Shown in pieces: positions 8,105-20,579 of a stretch of DNA of 40,668 nucleotides. Location of the stretch: positions 1 to 40,668 of the forward strand of contig JBCDEZ010000006.1 of NCBI GenBank assembly GCA_039179045.1. The letters are read 5' to 3'. Numbering within the stretch: position 1 is the stretch's first letter; each line of letters begins with the position of its first letter. Origin of the DNA: Chlamydiota bacterium (GTDB taxonomy: Bacteria > Chlamydiota > Chlamydiia > Chlamydiales > SM23-39). The position numbers and the translations under genes were made by a program. Below the pieces are notes generated by a model that was not told where the DNA came from, did not search any database, and worked only from the letters and a program-made list of their open reading frames with translations.

Positions 8105-11100
8105 ATGCAAAAAAAGCCCCGCGTCCGACTGAGTCACCAAAACAAAGAAGAGATCATCGATCTTCCCAATCTTATCGAGATTCAGGTCAAATCTTACAAC
8201 CAGTTTTTGCAGGCAGATCTTCTTCCCAATGAAAGAAAGAATATTGGGCTACAAGAGGTTTTTCAAGAAATTTTTCCGGTAAAGTCTTACGATGAGAAGA
8301 CCATTTTGGAATTTTTGTCCTACAACTTGGGCGTCCCTAAATACACTCCCGAGGAATGTATCCGCCGGGGTATTTCTTACAACGTAACGTTAAAGGTGCA
8401 GTTTCGTCTGACAGATGAGACGGGTATCAAAGAAGAAGAGGTCTACATGGGCACCGTTCCCGTGATGACCGAAAATGGCACTTTCATCATCAATGGAGCT
8501 GAAAGGGTGATTGTGTCGCAGCTGCACCGCTCTCCTGGAATTTCTTTTGAGCAAGAGAGGCATCCTAAAGGTACGATGCTCTACTCATTTCGCATCATCC
8601 CTTACAGAGGATCTTGGCTAGAAGCCTCTTTTGATATCAACGACATGATTTTTATCTATGTCGATCGGAAGAAAAGACGTAGAAAGGTTTTGGCAACCTC
8701 TTTTATCCGCACTCTCGGTTACTCGACAGATGCGGACATCATCGAAGAGTTTTTCGATACGCTCAAAGTGAAAATGAAATCCGAAGGGGATTTTGTTAAG
8801 CTCGTTGGCAAGATCCTAGCTGAAGATGTGATGGATGAGTCTACAGGCCTCATCTTTGGAAAAGCGGGAGAAAAGTTGACGACAGCTATGCTTAAGAGGA
8901 TGCTCGACAGCGATGTCCATACAGTTCGCATCGCAGAAGATGCAGATGAAACGCATCCGATCATCAAGATGCTGGCGAAAGATCCCAACGATTCATATGA
9001 GGCTGCACTCAAGGATTTCTATAGAAAGATTCGTCCAGGCGAACCAGCAACTCTTTCCAACGCGCGCTCTGCAATCATGCGCCTTTTCTTCGACGCAAGG
9101 CGTTACAACCTGGGTCGAGTGGGCCGCTATAAGATGAATCGCAAGCTCAACCAAGAGATCGATGACGAAGTTCTCGAGTCAGTGACCTTGCGCAAAGAAG
9201 ATATGATCAATGCTTTGAAGTATCTCATCCGTCTCAAAGCAGGAGATGAAGAGGCGCAAGTAGATGACATCGATCACTTAGCGAATCGTAGGGTTCGTTC
9301 CGTAGGTGAACTCATCCAAAATCAGTGCCGCATTGGGCTTGCGCGCATGGAGAAAATCATCAAAGAGAGAATGAACCTATTCGATTTTTCTTCCGACACC
9401 ATGACCCCGGGAAAAATCGTCTCTGCTAAAGGGCTTGCAGGAGTTCTTAAAGATTTTTTTGGCCGCTCCCAGCTCTCTCAATTCATGGACCAGACAAATC
9501 CTATTTCGGAGCTAACCCACAAACGGAGACTCTCTTGCCTTGGACCAGGAGGCCTCAATCGGGAGCGGGCCGGTTTTGAGGTGCGTGACGTACACACCTC
9601 CCACTATGGAAGGATTTGTCCTATTGAAACTCCTGAGGGTCCCAATATTGGTCTGATCACCTCTCTTTCTTCTTTCGCAAAGACCAATGAGTTTGGTTTC
9701 ATTGAAACTCCTTATAGAATTGTCCGAGAAGGAGTAGTGACTGAAGAGATTCAATACATGACTGCTGACGAAGAGGAAAAGCATGTAATCGCGCAAGCCT
9801 CGGCTCCTCTCGATGAGTTCCAAATGTTTGAAACCTCCACATGTTGGGCTCGTTACAAAGGAGACCCGATGGAGGTGGATGTGAGCACCATCACCCACAT
9901 GGACGTCTCTTCTAAGCAACTGATCTCTATTGTAGCCGGATTGATCCCGTTTTTGGAGCATGACGATGCGAACAGAACGCTCATGGGCTCGAATATGCAG
10001 AGGCAAGCCGTGCCTCTTCTCAAAACAGAGGCTCCCGTTGTGGGAACAGGCCTCGAGTCGAGAGCTGCACGCGACTCTGGAGCAGTCATTGTAGCTGCTG
10101 AAGCGGGCGTTATCGATTACGTTGACGGGTTTTCCATCGTCGTGCGTCCGAAAGACAATCCGATGGAGAAAAAAGTCTATCGTCTGAAAAAGTTCATGCG
10201 TTCGAACGCAGGCACCTGCATCAACCAGACACCTCTTTGCAGCGTGGGTGATGAGGTGCTTCCTGGTGACATTTTAGCCGACGGTTCCGCAACGGACCAA
10301 GGGGAAGTTGCTCTTGGCAAGAATGTACTTGTCGCGTTCATGCCTTGGTGTGGATACAACTACGAAGATGCGATCATCATCTCAGAAAAACTGATCAAAG
10401 AAGATACCTACACTTCGATTTACCTCGAAGAATTCGAGCTGACAGCACGCGATACGAAACTTGGTAAAGAAGAGATCACAAGAGACATACCAAACATTTC
10501 TGAGGAGGCTCTTGCGAACTTGGGAGAAGATGGGATCATCCGGGTTGGTGCAGAGGTGCGCCCGGGGGATATTCTCGTGGGGAAGATCACTCCTAAATCA
10601 GAAACGGAGCTCTCTCCGGAAGAGCGCCTTTTGCGCGCTATTTTTGGAGAAAAGGCAGCCGATGTGAAAGATGCCTCTTTGACTGCACCTCCGGGTACAG
10701 AAGGGGTTGTCATGGACGTAAAAGTTTTTTCAAGAAGAGATCGCCTTTCGAAAACCGACGATGAGCTAGTTGAAGAGGCTAGTCGGATCAAGGATATTCA
10801 TCAAACTTACCACGCAAAAGACGCAGAACTACGCCTCTCTTTGCATGAGAAACTAGGCGCTCTTCTTCTCGATGAGAAGGCGCCGCATGCGATCATGCAT
10901 AGAAAAACAGGGCACGTAATCCTTGCTGAAGATGAGAGCATTACACAAGATATGATCGAGTCTTTGGAAGCGGAAAAAGTGGAAGATTTACTCATGGACT
11001 CTTGCCCCCTTTACGAGGAATTGAAGCGGATTTTGCAAGAGTTTGAGCAGGCGCATCAAAAACTTGCTACAACGCACAAGACAGAGGTGGAATACACAAG

Positions 11101-11869
11101 GAAAGGGGACACAGACCTTGACCCTGGTGTGATTCGCCAAGTAAAAGTCTACGTCGCTACGAAAAGAACCTTGCAAGTCGGCGATAAAATGGCGGGTCGC
11201 CACGGAAATAAAGGAGTCGTCTCGACCCTGGTTCCTGAGGCAGATATGCCGTATTTGGCATCGGGTGAGACCGTAGAGATGATCCTCAACCCCTTGGGGG
11301 TTCCTTCCCGAATGAATCTCGGCCAGCTATTGGAAACGCATCTCGGATACGCTGCGAAAAAAGCAGGTATCTACATCAAAACACCTGTTTTTGAGGGATT
11401 TCCTGAATCGAGAATTTGGGAGATGATGCGCGAGCAAGGCATGCCGGAAAATGGGAAGTTCCACGCCTATGATGGGAGGACCGGAGAGCGTTTCGACCAT
11501 CCCGTAGCTGTGGGGTATATGTACATGATGAAGCTAGGGCACCTTGTAGCTGATAAAATTCATGCGAGATCAATTGGACCTTACTCTTTAGTGACGCAGC
11601 AACCTCTAGGAGGAAAAGCGCAGATGGGAGGACAGAGATTTGGAGAAATGGAAGTCTGGGCTTTGGAAGCTTATGGCGCTGCCCATCTCCTTTTAGAAAT
11701 GCTGACTGTCAAATCGGATGATGTGAAAGGAAGAATTGAAATTTATGAAAGAATTGTAAAGGGAAAACATGTTCTTTCCGCTGGCACCCCAGAGTCGTTC
11801 AATGTATTGATGAGCGAGATGAAGGGCCTTTGTTTAGATATACGCGCAGAACACTTAGAAGAAAATTAG
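8105..11869 (+). CDS. rpoB: DNA-directed RNA polymerase subunit beta
   Basis: [66 protein letters not shown]. Confidence 0.99.
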   Translation: MQKKPRVRLSHQNKEEIIDLPNLIEIQVKSYNQFLQADLLPNERKNIGLQEVFQEIFPVKSYDEKTILEFLSYNLGVPKYTPEECIRRGISYNVTLKVQFRLTDETGIKEEEVYMGTVPVMTENGTFIINGAERVIVSQLHRSPGISFEQERHPKGTMLYSFRIIPYRGSWLEASFDINDMIFIYVDRKKRRRKVLATSFIRTLGYSTDADIIEEFFDTLKVKMKSEGDFVKLVGKILAEDVMDESTGLIFGKAGEKLTTAMLKRMLDSDVHTVRIAEDADETHPIIKMLAKDPNDSYEAALKDFYRKIRPGEPATLSNARSAIMRLFFDARRYNLGRVGRYKMNRKLNQEIDDEVLESVTLRKEDMINALKYLIRLKAGDEEAQVDDIDHLANRRVRSVGELIQNQCRIGLARMEKIIKERMNLFDFSSDTMTPGKIVSAKGLAGVLKDFFGRSQLSQFMDQTNPISELTHKRRLSCLGPGGLNRERAGFEVRDVHTSHYGRICPIETPEGPNIGLITSLSSFAKTNEFGFIETPYRIVREGVVTEEIQYMTADEEEKHVIAQASAPLDEFQMFETSTCWARYKGDPMEVDVSTITHMDVSSKQLISIVAGLIPFLEHDDANRTLMGSNMQRQAVPLLKTEAPVVGTGLESRAARDSGAVIVAAEAGVIDYVDGFSIVVRPKDNPMEKKVYRLKKFMRSNAGTCINQTPLCSVGDEVLPGDILADGSATDQGEVALGKNVLVAFMPWCGYNYEDAIIISEKLIKEDTYTSIYLEEFELTARDTKLGKEEITRDIPNISEEALANLGEDGIIRVGAEVRPGDILVGKITPKSETELSPEERLLRAIFGEKAADVKDASLTAPPGTEGVVMDVKVFSRRDRLSKTDDELVEEASRIKDIHQTYHAKDAELRLSLHEKLGALLLDEKAPHAIMHRKTGHVILAEDESITQDMIESLEAEKVEDLLMDSCPLYEELKRILQEFEQAHQKLATTHKTEVEYTRKGDTDLDPGVIRQVKVYVATKRTLQVGDKMAGRHGNKGVVSTLVPEADMPYLASGETVEMILNPLGVPSRMNLGQLLETHLGYAAKKAGIYIKTPVFEGFPESRIWEMMREQGMPENGKFHAYDGRTGERFDHPVAVGYMYMMKLGHLVADKIHARSIGPYSLVTQQPLGGKAQMGGQRFGEMEVWALEAYGAAHLLLEMLTVKSDDVKGRIEIYERIVKGKHVLSAGTPESFNVLMSEMKGLCLDIRAEHLEEN

Positions 11870-11879
11870 GAGATCATCG

Positions 11880-14800
11880 ATGCCAGAAAAAGAAGATTTT
11901 ACAAACTCCCATTTTGACAAATTGACCATTCGCATTGCATCGGAAGAGGTAGTGCGTAGCACCTGGTCTCGAGGGGAGGTAAAAAAACCAGAAACGATCA
12001 ACTACCGTACCTTCAAACCGGAGAAGGGGGGCCTTTTCTGTGAAAAGATTTTTGGTCCTACTCGCGACTGGGAGTGTGCTTGCGGTAAATATAAAAAAAT
12101 CAAGCACAAAGGAATCGTCTGTGATCGTTGCGGCGTAGAAGTAACCTTGTCAAGTGTTCGAAGAGAGCGAATGGCGCATATCGAACTCGCAGTTCCTGTT
12201 GTCCATATCTGGTTTTTTAAGACAATGCCCTCGAGGATCGGTAATGTCCTTGGCATGTCTACCTCAGACTTAGAGAGAGTGATCTACTACGAAGAGTACA
12301 TTGTCACTGATCCTGGGCACTCAGATTTGGAAAAAAAGCAACTTCTCAACGACACCGAGTTCCGGGAGGCGCAAGAGCAGTGGGGACCTGATGCTTTCAC
12401 AGCTATGATGGGAGGGGAGGCGATTTTCGAGCTTCTCAAAACCGAGGATCTTTCTATTCTTGTTGTAGACCTTAAAGAGAAATTGCGCCGCACCAAATCG
12501 ATGCAGGCAAGAATGAAGCTGGCAAAGCGCCTCAAGATTGTAGAGGGCTTTGCAAAGAGCATGAACTCTCCGCAGGATATGGTTTTGCACTGTGTGCCCA
12601 TCATTCCACCTGACCTACGTCCTCTCGTCCCATTAGATGGAGGAAGATTCGCTACATCCGATCTGAACGACTTGTATCGCCGTGTCATCAACCGCAATAA
12701 TCGATTGAAGTCGATCTTAAGGTTGAAGACTCCAGCTGTGATCGTTCGTAATGAAAAGCGTATGCTGCAAGAGGCTGTCGATGCTCTTTTCGACAACGGA
12801 AGGCACGGGCATCCTGTGATGGGAGCAGGGAACCGTCCCTTGAAAGCCCTTTCCGAAATGTTGAAGGGAAAATCGGGCCGCTTTCGTCAGAACCTTCTAG
12901 GGAAAAGAGTTGACTATTCGGGAAGATCGGTCATTGTCGTGGGTCCTGAGCTCCGTTTCAACCAGTGTGGTATTCCAAAGCAGATGGCTCTCGAGCTCTT
13001 TGAGCCATTCATCGTGAAGCGACTCAAAGACCTCGGCTACGTCTACACAATTCGTAGCGCAAAGAAAATGATCCAAAGGCAGTCGGAAGAGGTGTGGGAT
13101 GTTCTTGAAGAGATCATCCAAGGCCACCCTGTACTTCTCAACCGGGCACCTACTCTCCATAGATTAGGAATCCAGGCCTTTGAACCTGTTCTGATCGAGG
13201 GGAAAGCGATCCGGATCCATCCTCTCGCAACGCCTGCTTTCAACGCAGACTTCGACGGAGATCAGATGGCGGTGCACGTACCGTTATCCATCGAAGCGCA
13301 GCTAGAGACAAAGCTGTTGATGATGGCATCGGACAACATCTTTTTGCCCTCTTCTGGAAAGCCTGTTGCGGTTCCGAGTCAGGATATGATCCTAGGCCTT
13401 TACTATCTGATGCACGACCCTATTCACGACCCCGAAGCGAGGGGAGAAAAGATCTCCGTGTTCCGCAATGCCGAAGAGGTTCTCCTTGCTATGCAGTCGG
13501 GCCTTAGTTACAACCGGTATGAAAAAAGCGCAGGCGGACGGATCGATGATCTAGGAAGAGGAATTCATATTCACGAAAAGATCAAGGTATTTATTGAAGA
13601 CAGTTTGATTGAAACCACTCCTGGACGGGTCATTTTCAATACCATTGTCCCCCAAAAGATGGGCTTTCAAAACTACGCACTCCGCAAGAAAAAGCTCTCT
13701 GAGCTCGCGCTTCTTTGCAATAAAAAAGTGGGTTTAGAGGCTACGGTAAAATTTCTCGATGACATGAAGACGTTGGGTTTTGCGCACGCTACGAAAGCTG
13801 CCCTTTCGATTGGGATTACCGACGTAATCGTTCCGAAGAACAAGGAAGAGGCGATCTCTGCCACCTACGAGAAAGTGGCCAAAGTCAAGAAACAGTTTGA
13901 AGATGGGATCATTACAGATGGAGAAAGGAAGTCGAAAACGATTGCTCTTTGGACAGAGGTAACAGAGGATCTTTCAGACGAGCTCTTTGATATTTTGATG
14001 AACGAAGATCATCGAGAGGTGTTGAATCCAATCTACACGATGATCGACTCAGGTGCTCGAGGAAATCGCTCGCAGGTGAAACAGCTTGGAGGAATGCGAG
14101 GTCTGATGGTGAAGCCCTCAGGAGACATCATCGAGTCTCCGGTAACGGCGAATTTCCGAGAGGGTCTCTCTGTTTTGGAATACTTCATCTCGACGCACGG
14201 GGCTCGTAAAGGACTTGCCGACACTGCTTTGAAAACAGCAGACTCTGGTTACCTAACCCGAAGACTTGTTGATGTAGCGCAAAATGTGATCGTTACAGAA
14301 GACGATTGTGGAACTTTGAGTGGCATCGAAATCACGTCCATTAAGCAAGGTCAAGAAGAACTTGTTCCTCTCAAGGATCGTATTTATGGTAGAACCGTTG
14401 TCGATCTCATCTGTCAGCCTGGGGACAGCACGAAGGTTCTCGCAGAGCCTGGCGATGTGCTCACAAGAGAGCAAGCGGAGGCAATTGACGATGCGGGCAT
14501 CGAATCAATCAAGATTCGCTCACCTCTTACTTGCGAAAGTAGGCGTGGTATCTGTGCAAAGTGTTATGGCCTCAATCTCGCTACAGGGGTGATTGCCTCT
14601 TTAGGAGAAGCTGTTGGGATCATCGCAGCGCAGTCCATTGGTGAACCGGGTACCCAGCTTACAATGAAAACCTTCCATACGGGAGGAATTGCAGCTGCCA
14701 TGTTGAGCCCCGAGCTCGAAGTAGTCGAATCAGGTGTTCTCGTTTATATGGATCTACGCGTTGTACAAAATGACGCGGCCAACTGGCTTGCTCTCAATAA

Positions 14801-16073
14801 GAATGGTACTTTGCATATCGTAAAAGATGAGGGACGTCCCCTCGAAGAGTACAAAAAATTGCTGGATACGAAGTCGATCGAACCGTTACAGACGTTCCGG
14901 GTAGAGCTCGGTTGTGAGATCTACTTCGCCGATGGTTCTGCAATTCCTGCAGGTACGAAAATTGGCGAATGGGAAGAGCATAGCAGTCCGATCATCTGTG
15001 AGAAGCCAGGATTTGTGAAGTACGAAGACCTTGTTGAAGGAATTTCTACCCAAAAAGAGATGAGCAAGCAGACTGGACAAACTGAGCTTGTGGTGAAGCA
15101 ACACCGAGGGGAGTTGCATCCGCAGATCGCAATCTTTTCCGATCCTGATCATCAAGATCTGGTGGGTACCTACGCGATCCCATCAGGCGCTGTGATCATC
15201 GTTGAAGAGGGTCAAAAAGTCTCTGCAGGTGTGGTTCTTGCAAAGCTCCCGAGAGGAGCTATCAAGAACAAGGACATCACAGGAGGACTGCCCCGGGTGG
15301 CCGAGCTCTTCGAAGCGCGCAAGCCAAAAGATGCTGCCGAAATCGCAAAACTCGATGGAGTCATCGACTTCAAAGGAGTGCAGAAGAACAAACGCATTGT
15401 AGTTGTTCGCGATGAGACTTCGGGTATGGAAGAAGAGCACCTCATTCCTTTGACCAAGCACTTGATCGTCCAAAAAGAGGATCATGTGATCAAAGGCCAG
15501 CAGCTCACAGACGGGCTCATTGTGCCGCAGGAGATTTTGGAAGTTTGCGGAGTACGCGAACTGCAAAAGTACCTCGTCAACCAGGTCCAAGAGGTCTACC
15601 GCTTGCAAGGTGTCGATATCAACGACAAGCACATCGAGATCATTGTACGCCAGATGCTCCAAAAAGTACGGATCATCGATCCAGGCGACACCACCTTCCT
15701 CTACGGGGAAGATGTAGACAAGAAGCGTTTCCATGAAACGAATCAAACATCCCTTTCCGAGGGAGGTAAGCCTGCGCAAGCATCTCCTGTTCTTCTGGGG
15801 ATCACAAAGGCATCTCTCGGTACCGAGTCATTCATGTCAGCTGCCTCTTTCCAGGAGACGCCGCGAGTATTGGTCGACTCATCTTGTCAGGGAAAAACCG
15901 ACTACCTTACCGATTACAAGGTGAACAAGATCACAGGACATATCATACCAGGTGGTACGGGGTATAGACACCACGAAAAAGTGAAAACCTATATCCGAAG
16001 GTATGTCGATCAGGATCTCGAAGACGATCTCGTCTTTTCTTTCGAAAATGAGGAGCTACCTGTCCAGATCTAA
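11880..16073 (+). CDS. rpoC: DNA-directed RNA polymerase subunit beta'
   Basis: Zn finger [25 protein letters not shown], catalytic NADFDGD, bridge helix, [17 protein letters not shown]. Confidence 0.99.
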   Translation: MPEKEDFTNSHFDKLTIRIASEEVVRSTWSRGEVKKPETINYRTFKPEKGGLFCEKIFGPTRDWECACGKYKKIKHKGIVCDRCGVEVTLSSVRRERMAHIELAVPVVHIWFFKTMPSRIGNVLGMSTSDLERVIYYEEYIVTDPGHSDLEKKQLLNDTEFREAQEQWGPDAFTAMMGGEAIFELLKTEDLSILVVDLKEKLRRTKSMQARMKLAKRLKIVEGFAKSMNSPQDMVLHCVPIIPPDLRPLVPLDGGRFATSDLNDLYRRVINRNNRLKSILRLKTPAVIVRNEKRMLQEAVDALFDNGRHGHPVMGAGNRPLKALSEMLKGKSGRFRQNLLGKRVDYSGRSVIVVGPELRFNQCGIPKQMALELFEPFIVKRLKDLGYVYTIRSAKKMIQRQSEEVWDVLEEIIQGHPVLLNRAPTLHRLGIQAFEPVLIEGKAIRIHPLATPAFNADFDGDQMAVHVPLSIEAQLETKLLMMASDNIFLPSSGKPVAVPSQDMILGLYYLMHDPIHDPEARGEKISVFRNAEEVLLAMQSGLSYNRYEKSAGGRIDDLGRGIHIHEKIKVFIEDSLIETTPGRVIFNTIVPQKMGFQNYALRKKKLSELALLCNKKVGLEATVKFLDDMKTLGFAHATKAALSIGITDVIVPKNKEEAISATYEKVAKVKKQFEDGIITDGERKSKTIALWTEVTEDLSDELFDILMNEDHREVLNPIYTMIDSGARGNRSQVKQLGGMRGLMVKPSGDIIESPVTANFREGLSVLEYFISTHGARKGLADTALKTADSGYLTRRLVDVAQNVIVTEDDCGTLSGIEITSIKQGQEELVPLKDRIYGRTVVDLICQPGDSTKVLAEPGDVLTREQAEAIDDAGIESIKIRSPLTCESRRGICAKCYGLNLATGVIASLGEAVGIIAAQSIGEPGTQLTMKTFHTGGIAAAMLSPELEVVESGVLVYMDLRVVQNDAANWLALNKNGTLHIVKDEGRPLEEYKKLLDTKSIEPLQTFRVELGCEIYFADGSAIPAGTKIGEWEEHSSPIICEKPGFVKYEDLVEGISTQKEMSKQTGQTELVVKQHRGELHPQIAIFSDPDHQDLVGTYAIPSGAVIIVEEGQKVSAGVVLAKLPRGAIKNKDITGGLPRVAELFEARKPKDAAEIAKLDGVIDFKGVQKNKRIVVVRDETSGMEEEHLIPLTKHLIVQKEDHVIKGQQLTDGLIVPQEILEVCGVRELQKYLVNQVQEVYRLQGVDINDKHIEIIVRQMLQKVRIIDPGDTTFLYGEDVDKKRFHETNQTSLSEGGKPAQASPVLLGITKASLGTESFMSAASFQETPRVLVDSSCQGKTDYLTDYKVNKITGHIIPGGTGYRHHEKVKTYIRRYVDQDLEDDLVFSFENEELPVQI

Positions 16074-16113
16074 AGACGCTCTTTATTTCTGGAAATGTGC
16101 TTAGCGAGACTAT

Positions 16114-16146
16114 AATGGGGAAGTGGCCTGTTCACTTCCCCATTTT
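16114..16146 (+). terminator. Rho-independent terminator after rpoC
   Basis: Perfect 12-bp stem AATGGGGAAGTG / CACTTCCCCATT running into TTTT. Confidence 0.7.
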
Positions 16147-16265
16147 GCGTAGCTCAGAGCAGGGATTCCCTCCGATGATTTCTGGAAAATGCTCTTCTTT
16201 CGTCTGAATTCCTTTAGGAAAAGAAGATCTATGTTAGGATGGTGGAAAAATTTGAGAGAGATCCC

Positions 16266-16472
16266 ATGTTGTGTCGTTTATTTTTTTCTTTGCTTTTTCT
16301 AAGTCCTCTGTGCGCTCAAGATCCGAATCTGGGGACAGGCGCTGAGCAGTCTTTGCAGTCGGGATATGTGCAGAATTGGGCATTTGCAGGGGCAGCTCTT
16401 GGGTTGGCTGTGCTTGGAATCATTCTTGTGAGCGTAGATCAAGGAGCGAGTCCATCTAGCATAGATTCCTAA
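16266..16472 (+). CDS. Small signal-peptide + single-TM protein (68 aa; microprotein copy 1)
   Basis: MLCRLFFSLLFLSPLCA signal peptide, then GTGAEQS...W and a hydrophobic helix. Alternative start 16239. Confidence 0.65.
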   Translation: MLCRLFFSLLFLSPLCAQDPNLGTGAEQSLQSGYVQNWAFAGAALGLAVLGIILVSVDQGASPSSIDS

Positions 16473-16928
16473 GATCCTCCTATGCTCCTGATCCATCTCC
16501 ATCCATCTCCTTTGGCTCCGATTGTAGTACAAATCTTCTGGAGGTGGTCTTTTCCCCAGTTTTGTATCGTCCTTATCGATGTCGATGGGCCCTGTTGCTT
16601 GTGAAAAGAACTTGGGCGGTAAGCACAAAAGGCAGGCTTTTTTGGCCCAATTGCCAAAGAGCCCCTCTTTTTGACTTTTACTTCCACCCGGATTGAAAGA
16701 GCAAAAGATAGACTAACATGCGGAAGTTCGTAAGAATTAGATTGTAGAACAAAGAGAATAGGATCTGTACTTAAGTGAAAGTATGCTCTTTTGCATCGGA
16801 TGCATTCGACTCTTGAAGATTCGCAGATTTGTCAGAGACTTGAACACTTCTAAAGAGATGTGTGTAATGCTTCTTTTCGTTTTATTGTCTCAAGTATACG
16901 TTTTTTGCTGGAAAAAGTATTGAGCAAG

Positions 16929-18638
16929 TCATATGCAAGCTTCTTTTTCCTCAACAAAAGAAGGTGGATTACGCTTTTGGGTGGGCCACTCGCCAAGAGT
17001 ATTTTGAGAGAATACGATCTTCGGACTGCGAGCTTTCTGCAAGATATGGCCCCCAGATTGTTGTCTTTTCTCTTTGAAGTCTTCCTTAGGGGCGACCTCC
17101 TTTTTTGAGGACAGGATTCTCGAAGACGACTTTTTCTGGGGTGCCTCGTAGCCAAAATATATCTCCATCGCCGAGAAAAAAACTTCTAAATCCAGAGGGG
17201 GAACATACCGGGGAATCCCAGTTCGATGATCGGGCAAGAGATGATTAGTAAAGACATGCTGTATCCGACAAATAGGAGGCTTACGATCTTGATCCTGAAT
17301 TTGTAGAAGTATAAATCCGCTGAAAGGGATTTGTGCGATATTTTTCAATATAGAAGAGAAGTCATGAGGATCCAAAACGACAAAATTCTCTGGGAATACC
17401 ACCTTATGGCGGTGGTAAAAAAAGATGTGTGTTGTTGGAGAAGAGTAATTGCCCTCTAGCATTTCTTTCGCAACTTTATCCATAGAAACATATTGTTCCC
17501 AAACACCTTTTTCAAATCTTGGGCAGACATCGATTAAGGTGTCCCGATCATTTTCTGGTAAGGTTTCCCATACATCGCTTGCACACTTATCGTCGCCTTT
17601 GTCATTCATTACTTTATAGAATTGTTGCATAGTTGAATTTCTTCCGAGAGCTTCTTGCGTAGAGCAGAATATCTGAAGGGCCTTCCGGAAAATGCGAGCG
17701 CCCTCTTTGCTGCTCGTATCGTATAGAGAAAAGAAAAAAGAGGTCTCATACGCTTCGTTTTTTAAAGAAAAAGAAACCTGTGAAAAACTTGAAGAGCCCC
17801 CTCGATTAGGAGGCATATCCAATAAGTATCTTGTTGACCAAGTTAGATTTGCAACAGTTTGCGGGGAGAATGTGATTTCTGGATGAGCGTGATGCTGGCT
17901 CTTTTCTTTTTGGCCGGTCGGTTGTTGCTCCTTTTCCTCTTGAAGAGGTGTTTCTCGGTTGCATCTATCTGATTTGAAGTATCGCCTCATTACTTGAGGA
18001 ACAATTTCTGGATCGATCGGAGTGTGTCTCGCGTGCTTTGTAAAAGCGTGGAGTATTTCACACATGGGGAGGATAGGTCCGGTTCGCAATTTGAGAGCAA
18101 AAAATCCATCCGGTTGATTTTCAGATATAGCTGCAAAAATAGAAGATAAATTTTGGGGGTCAGCTTTGAGGGAGAGTTTGGGGAAAGCAATTTCCTCAGA
18201 TTCGTACGCGTCATCGAGAGAAGTATAAAAAAGGACATGCGTAGCGGAGTTGCTTGAGAGAGAAGTTTCGCACGTTTTCGCCTGTTTTTTCATATTCTGC
18301 AACTTTTCCCAACTTTTCCTTGGAAAAGTCGCAGCTATAGTAAGCATCGTCAAGCGATCTTTCGAGGAGATCGCTTCTAACTCTGCATCTACCTCATCAT
18401 CAGAACAGGATTCTTCTTGGCTCCATAGGGCTTCTCGGAGTTTTTTGAATGTGGTATTATTCGCTAGAGCGTCTTGAACAGCACAAAATGATCTGAGACT
18501 GTGGTGAAAAATGTCGAGCCCTCTTTTTGTGTGTAGAGAATATATCTCAACCTGGAATAGGCGCTGTCTCGTTGGATCTTTAAAAATGCATGCAAATGGA
18601 GATGAGGAACGACTTGCAATAGAAGAAGGTGCAATCAT
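16929..18638 (-). CDS. Hypothetical 569-aa protein with an internally duplicated ~205-aa domain; effector candidate
   Basis: Long ORF. ATG at 18638 is preceded by AAGGA. Ser-rich N-terminus and two alignable domains. Confidence 0.8.
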   Translation of the reverse strand: MIAPSSIASRSSSPFACIFKDPTRQRLFQVEIYSLHTKRGLDIFHHSLRSFCAVQDALANNTTFKKLREALWSQEESCSDDEVDAELEAISSKDRLTMLTIAATFPRKSWEKLQNMKKQAKTCETSLSSNSATHVLFYTSLDDAYESEEIAFPKLSLKADPQNLSSIFAAISENQPDGFFALKLRTGPILPMCEILHAFTKHARHTPIDPEIVPQVMRRYFKSDRCNRETPLQEEKEQQPTGQKEKSQHHAHPEITFSPQTVANLTWSTRYLLDMPPNRGGSSSFSQVSFSLKNEAYETSFFFSLYDTSSKEGARIFRKALQIFCSTQEALGRNSTMQQFYKVMNDKGDDKCASDVWETLPENDRDTLIDVCPRFEKGVWEQYVSMDKVAKEMLEGNYSSPTTHIFFYHRHKVVFPENFVVLDPHDFSSILKNIAQIPFSGFILLQIQDQDRKPPICRIQHVFTNHLLPDHRTGIPRYVPPLDLEVFFSAMEIYFGYEAPQKKSSSRILSSKKEVAPKEDFKEKRQQSGGHILQKARSPKIVFSQNTLGEWPTQKRNPPSFVEEKEACI

Positions 18639-18933
18639 TGATTCCTTGGAATGATAGTATGAAAACCCAAATTTTCGTGATTTTGCGGGAAAAAGTCTAT
18701 GCATATTTTCTCCACTAGATGCTCAGTATTGATGGGCGCGCATTCTCTAGGCAGCATCTTTCCAGTTTTTTTGAGAATGCTAGAACATCGTCTCGCTCTA
18801 AGGAGTTGTGGTAGCGCTGCGCGGCTACAAGGATTTTGCCGCGTGCGGAGTGCTGGAAACTCTCGATACGATCGAGAAAATGGTAGCCGTTTAACAGAAA
18901 TTCTTTTTATGGTGAAGGAAAATAGGAGTCTTC

Positions 18934-19866
18934 ATGAATCAGCTAGAAGCCTTAAAAACAATGACCGTGGTTGTGGCAGATACGGGGGATTTTGCATCGA
19001 TGCAGCGCTACCACCCGCAAGACGCAACGACCAACCCGTCCCTGATCTTATCTGCAGCGAAGATGCCCGCATACCATTCTCTCATCGACCAGGCAGTCCA
19101 AGATGCCAAAACTCTTGAAGAAGCGCTCGATCGCGTGTTCGTCTATTTCGGTCATGAGATCACCAAGATTGTACCTGGAAGAGTATCGACTGAGGTCGAC
19201 GCTAGGCTCTCTTTTGATGCGGAGGCAAGCGTTGCCAAAGCCCGCGCGCTCATTGATCTCTATGAAGAGAGGGGAGTGAGCCGGGAGAGAATTTTGATCA
19301 AACTCGCTTCGACTTGGGAGGGAGCAAAAGCAGCAACAGTTCTCGAAAAAGAGGGAATTCATTGCAACATGACTCTCCTGTTTTCCCTCGAGCAGGCGGT
19401 GATCTGTGCTGAGGCGAAAGCGACTTTGATCTCTCCCTTTGTAGGAAGAATTTTGGATTGGTACAAAAAGCACGAAAAGGTGGAAGGCTATCCTCCTGAA
19501 GAAGACCCAGGTGTGCGCTCCGTAAGACGGATCCACTCCTATTACAAGAAATTTGGATATCCTACGGAAGTGATGGGAGCCTCTTTCCGGAACAAGGAAG
19601 AAGTGCTTGCTCTCGCAGGTTGCGATCTTTTGACGATCTCCCCCCCTCTTTTAGAAGAGTTGGCTGCGAGCGAAGATCGAGTAGAGCGCAAGCTCCCTTC
19701 GGAAAAAGCAGAGGCAGGAGACAAGCTTTGTTTTACCGAGTCCACTTTCCGCTTTGCATGCAATGAAAATCCGATGGCTGTGGAGAAGCTTGCCGAGGGC
19801 ATTCGGAAGTTTTCCGCAGATATACGGAAATTGGAAGACCTTTTGCAGACGAAGATGAGCGGTTAG
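18934..19866 (+). CDS. tal: Transaldolase
   Basis: [41 protein letters not shown] (Schiff-base Lys), [14 protein letters not shown]. Confidence 0.98.
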   Translation: MNQLEALKTMTVVVADTGDFASMQRYHPQDATTNPSLILSAAKMPAYHSLIDQAVQDAKTLEEALDRVFVYFGHEITKIVPGRVSTEVDARLSFDAEASVAKARALIDLYEERGVSRERILIKLASTWEGAKAATVLEKEGIHCNMTLLFSLEQAVICAEAKATLISPFVGRILDWYKKHEKVEGYPPEEDPGVRSVRRIHSYYKKFGYPTEVMGASFRNKEEVLALAGCDLLTISPPLLEELAASEDRVERKLPSEKAEAGDKLCFTESTFRFACNENPMAVEKLAEGIRKFSADIRKLEDLLQTKMSG

Positions 19867-20570
19867 CCTGCAAGCATTGTATGGAGCTTTTGTACTACCA
19901 GATAGTGCCAGTAGCTGCCTTGCTCCTTACACTCTTTGGCAAGGTGTGCGTGAAACTCTAGGACTTTGTCCTCTTTTGCCTTTTGAGGAAAAGAGGGGTC
20001 TTGCAGAATGCTTGCTAAAGTTTGTAGAGTTTTTTCTATTTTTTCTTTCCGGCTAGGATCGCTCAAGTCTTCGAGGAGATCTTCTACGACTTTGAACGAG
20101 CGAAATGCCTCCACAAAGGCGGGTCGAAGGGCGCTCCACTCCTTATCCAAACAGGCGCCTGTCATGATATGTGCTTTGCCTTTACGAACGAGTATGCATT
20201 GCAGCATTTTGACGGTAAAAGATCCTTTTTGCATCGTTACTTCCAAAAGATCGGCTCTTCCCACCTTGGTTTTGATCGCGCCTAGTTTCCGAGAAGAGGC
20301 GCTCTTTTTATTTGCATAGAGATCTTGTACGATCTGCACATACTCTTTTTGCGAGCAATCTTCTACTTCTTCCTCAGCAATATTGATGGAGGGGGCGAAC
20401 GAGGCACGGCGCGGCTCTACGTATCCCATCTGTACGAATGAGGTAAGATTTTTCGGGTGCATTTCCTGCCATCCCTCAGGGGGTACGAAATAGGGGGTCT
20501 CTTCTGCAAAAAGAGGAAAAAAGAACAGAAGCAAAGAACAGAAAAAGCCAAGGTGGTAGGTCGAATGCAT
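19863..20570 (-). CDS. Secreted hypothetical protein, CT311-like
   Basis: Signal peptide (..FFFPLFA|EE), F.PP.GW and F.PSINIA.E motifs, 235 aa. Lies between tal and the V-ATPase operon and is divergent from the latter, the position of CT311. Confidence 0.7.
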   Translation of the reverse strand: MHSTYHLGFFCSLLLFFFPLFAEETPYFVPPEGWQEMHPKNLTSFVQMGYVEPRRASFAPSINIAEEEVEDCSQKEYVQIVQDLYANKKSASSRKLGAIKTKVGRADLLEVTMQKGSFTVKMLQCILVRKGKAHIMTGACLDKEWSALRPAFVEAFRSFKVVEDLLEDLSDPSRKEKIEKTLQTLASILQDPSFPQKAKEDKVLEFHAHLAKECKEQGSYWHYLVVQKLHTMLAG

Positions 20571-20579
20571 GGAGAGATT

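Noticed and set aside
9460..9560. Possible rifampicin-resistance alleles in rpoB
   Set aside because: Positions equivalent to E. coli Q513, D516, H526 and S531 are wild type.
4325..15924. Numerous antisense and off-frame ORFs within tuf, the ribosomal protein genes and rpoBC
   Set aside because: Shadow ORFs of highly conserved genes.
16299..16687. Minus-strand ORFs 16299-16628 and 16469-16687
   Set aside because: Non-ATG starts and no recognisable motif, and the first overlaps the better-supported microprotein. A decayed gene cannot be excluded.
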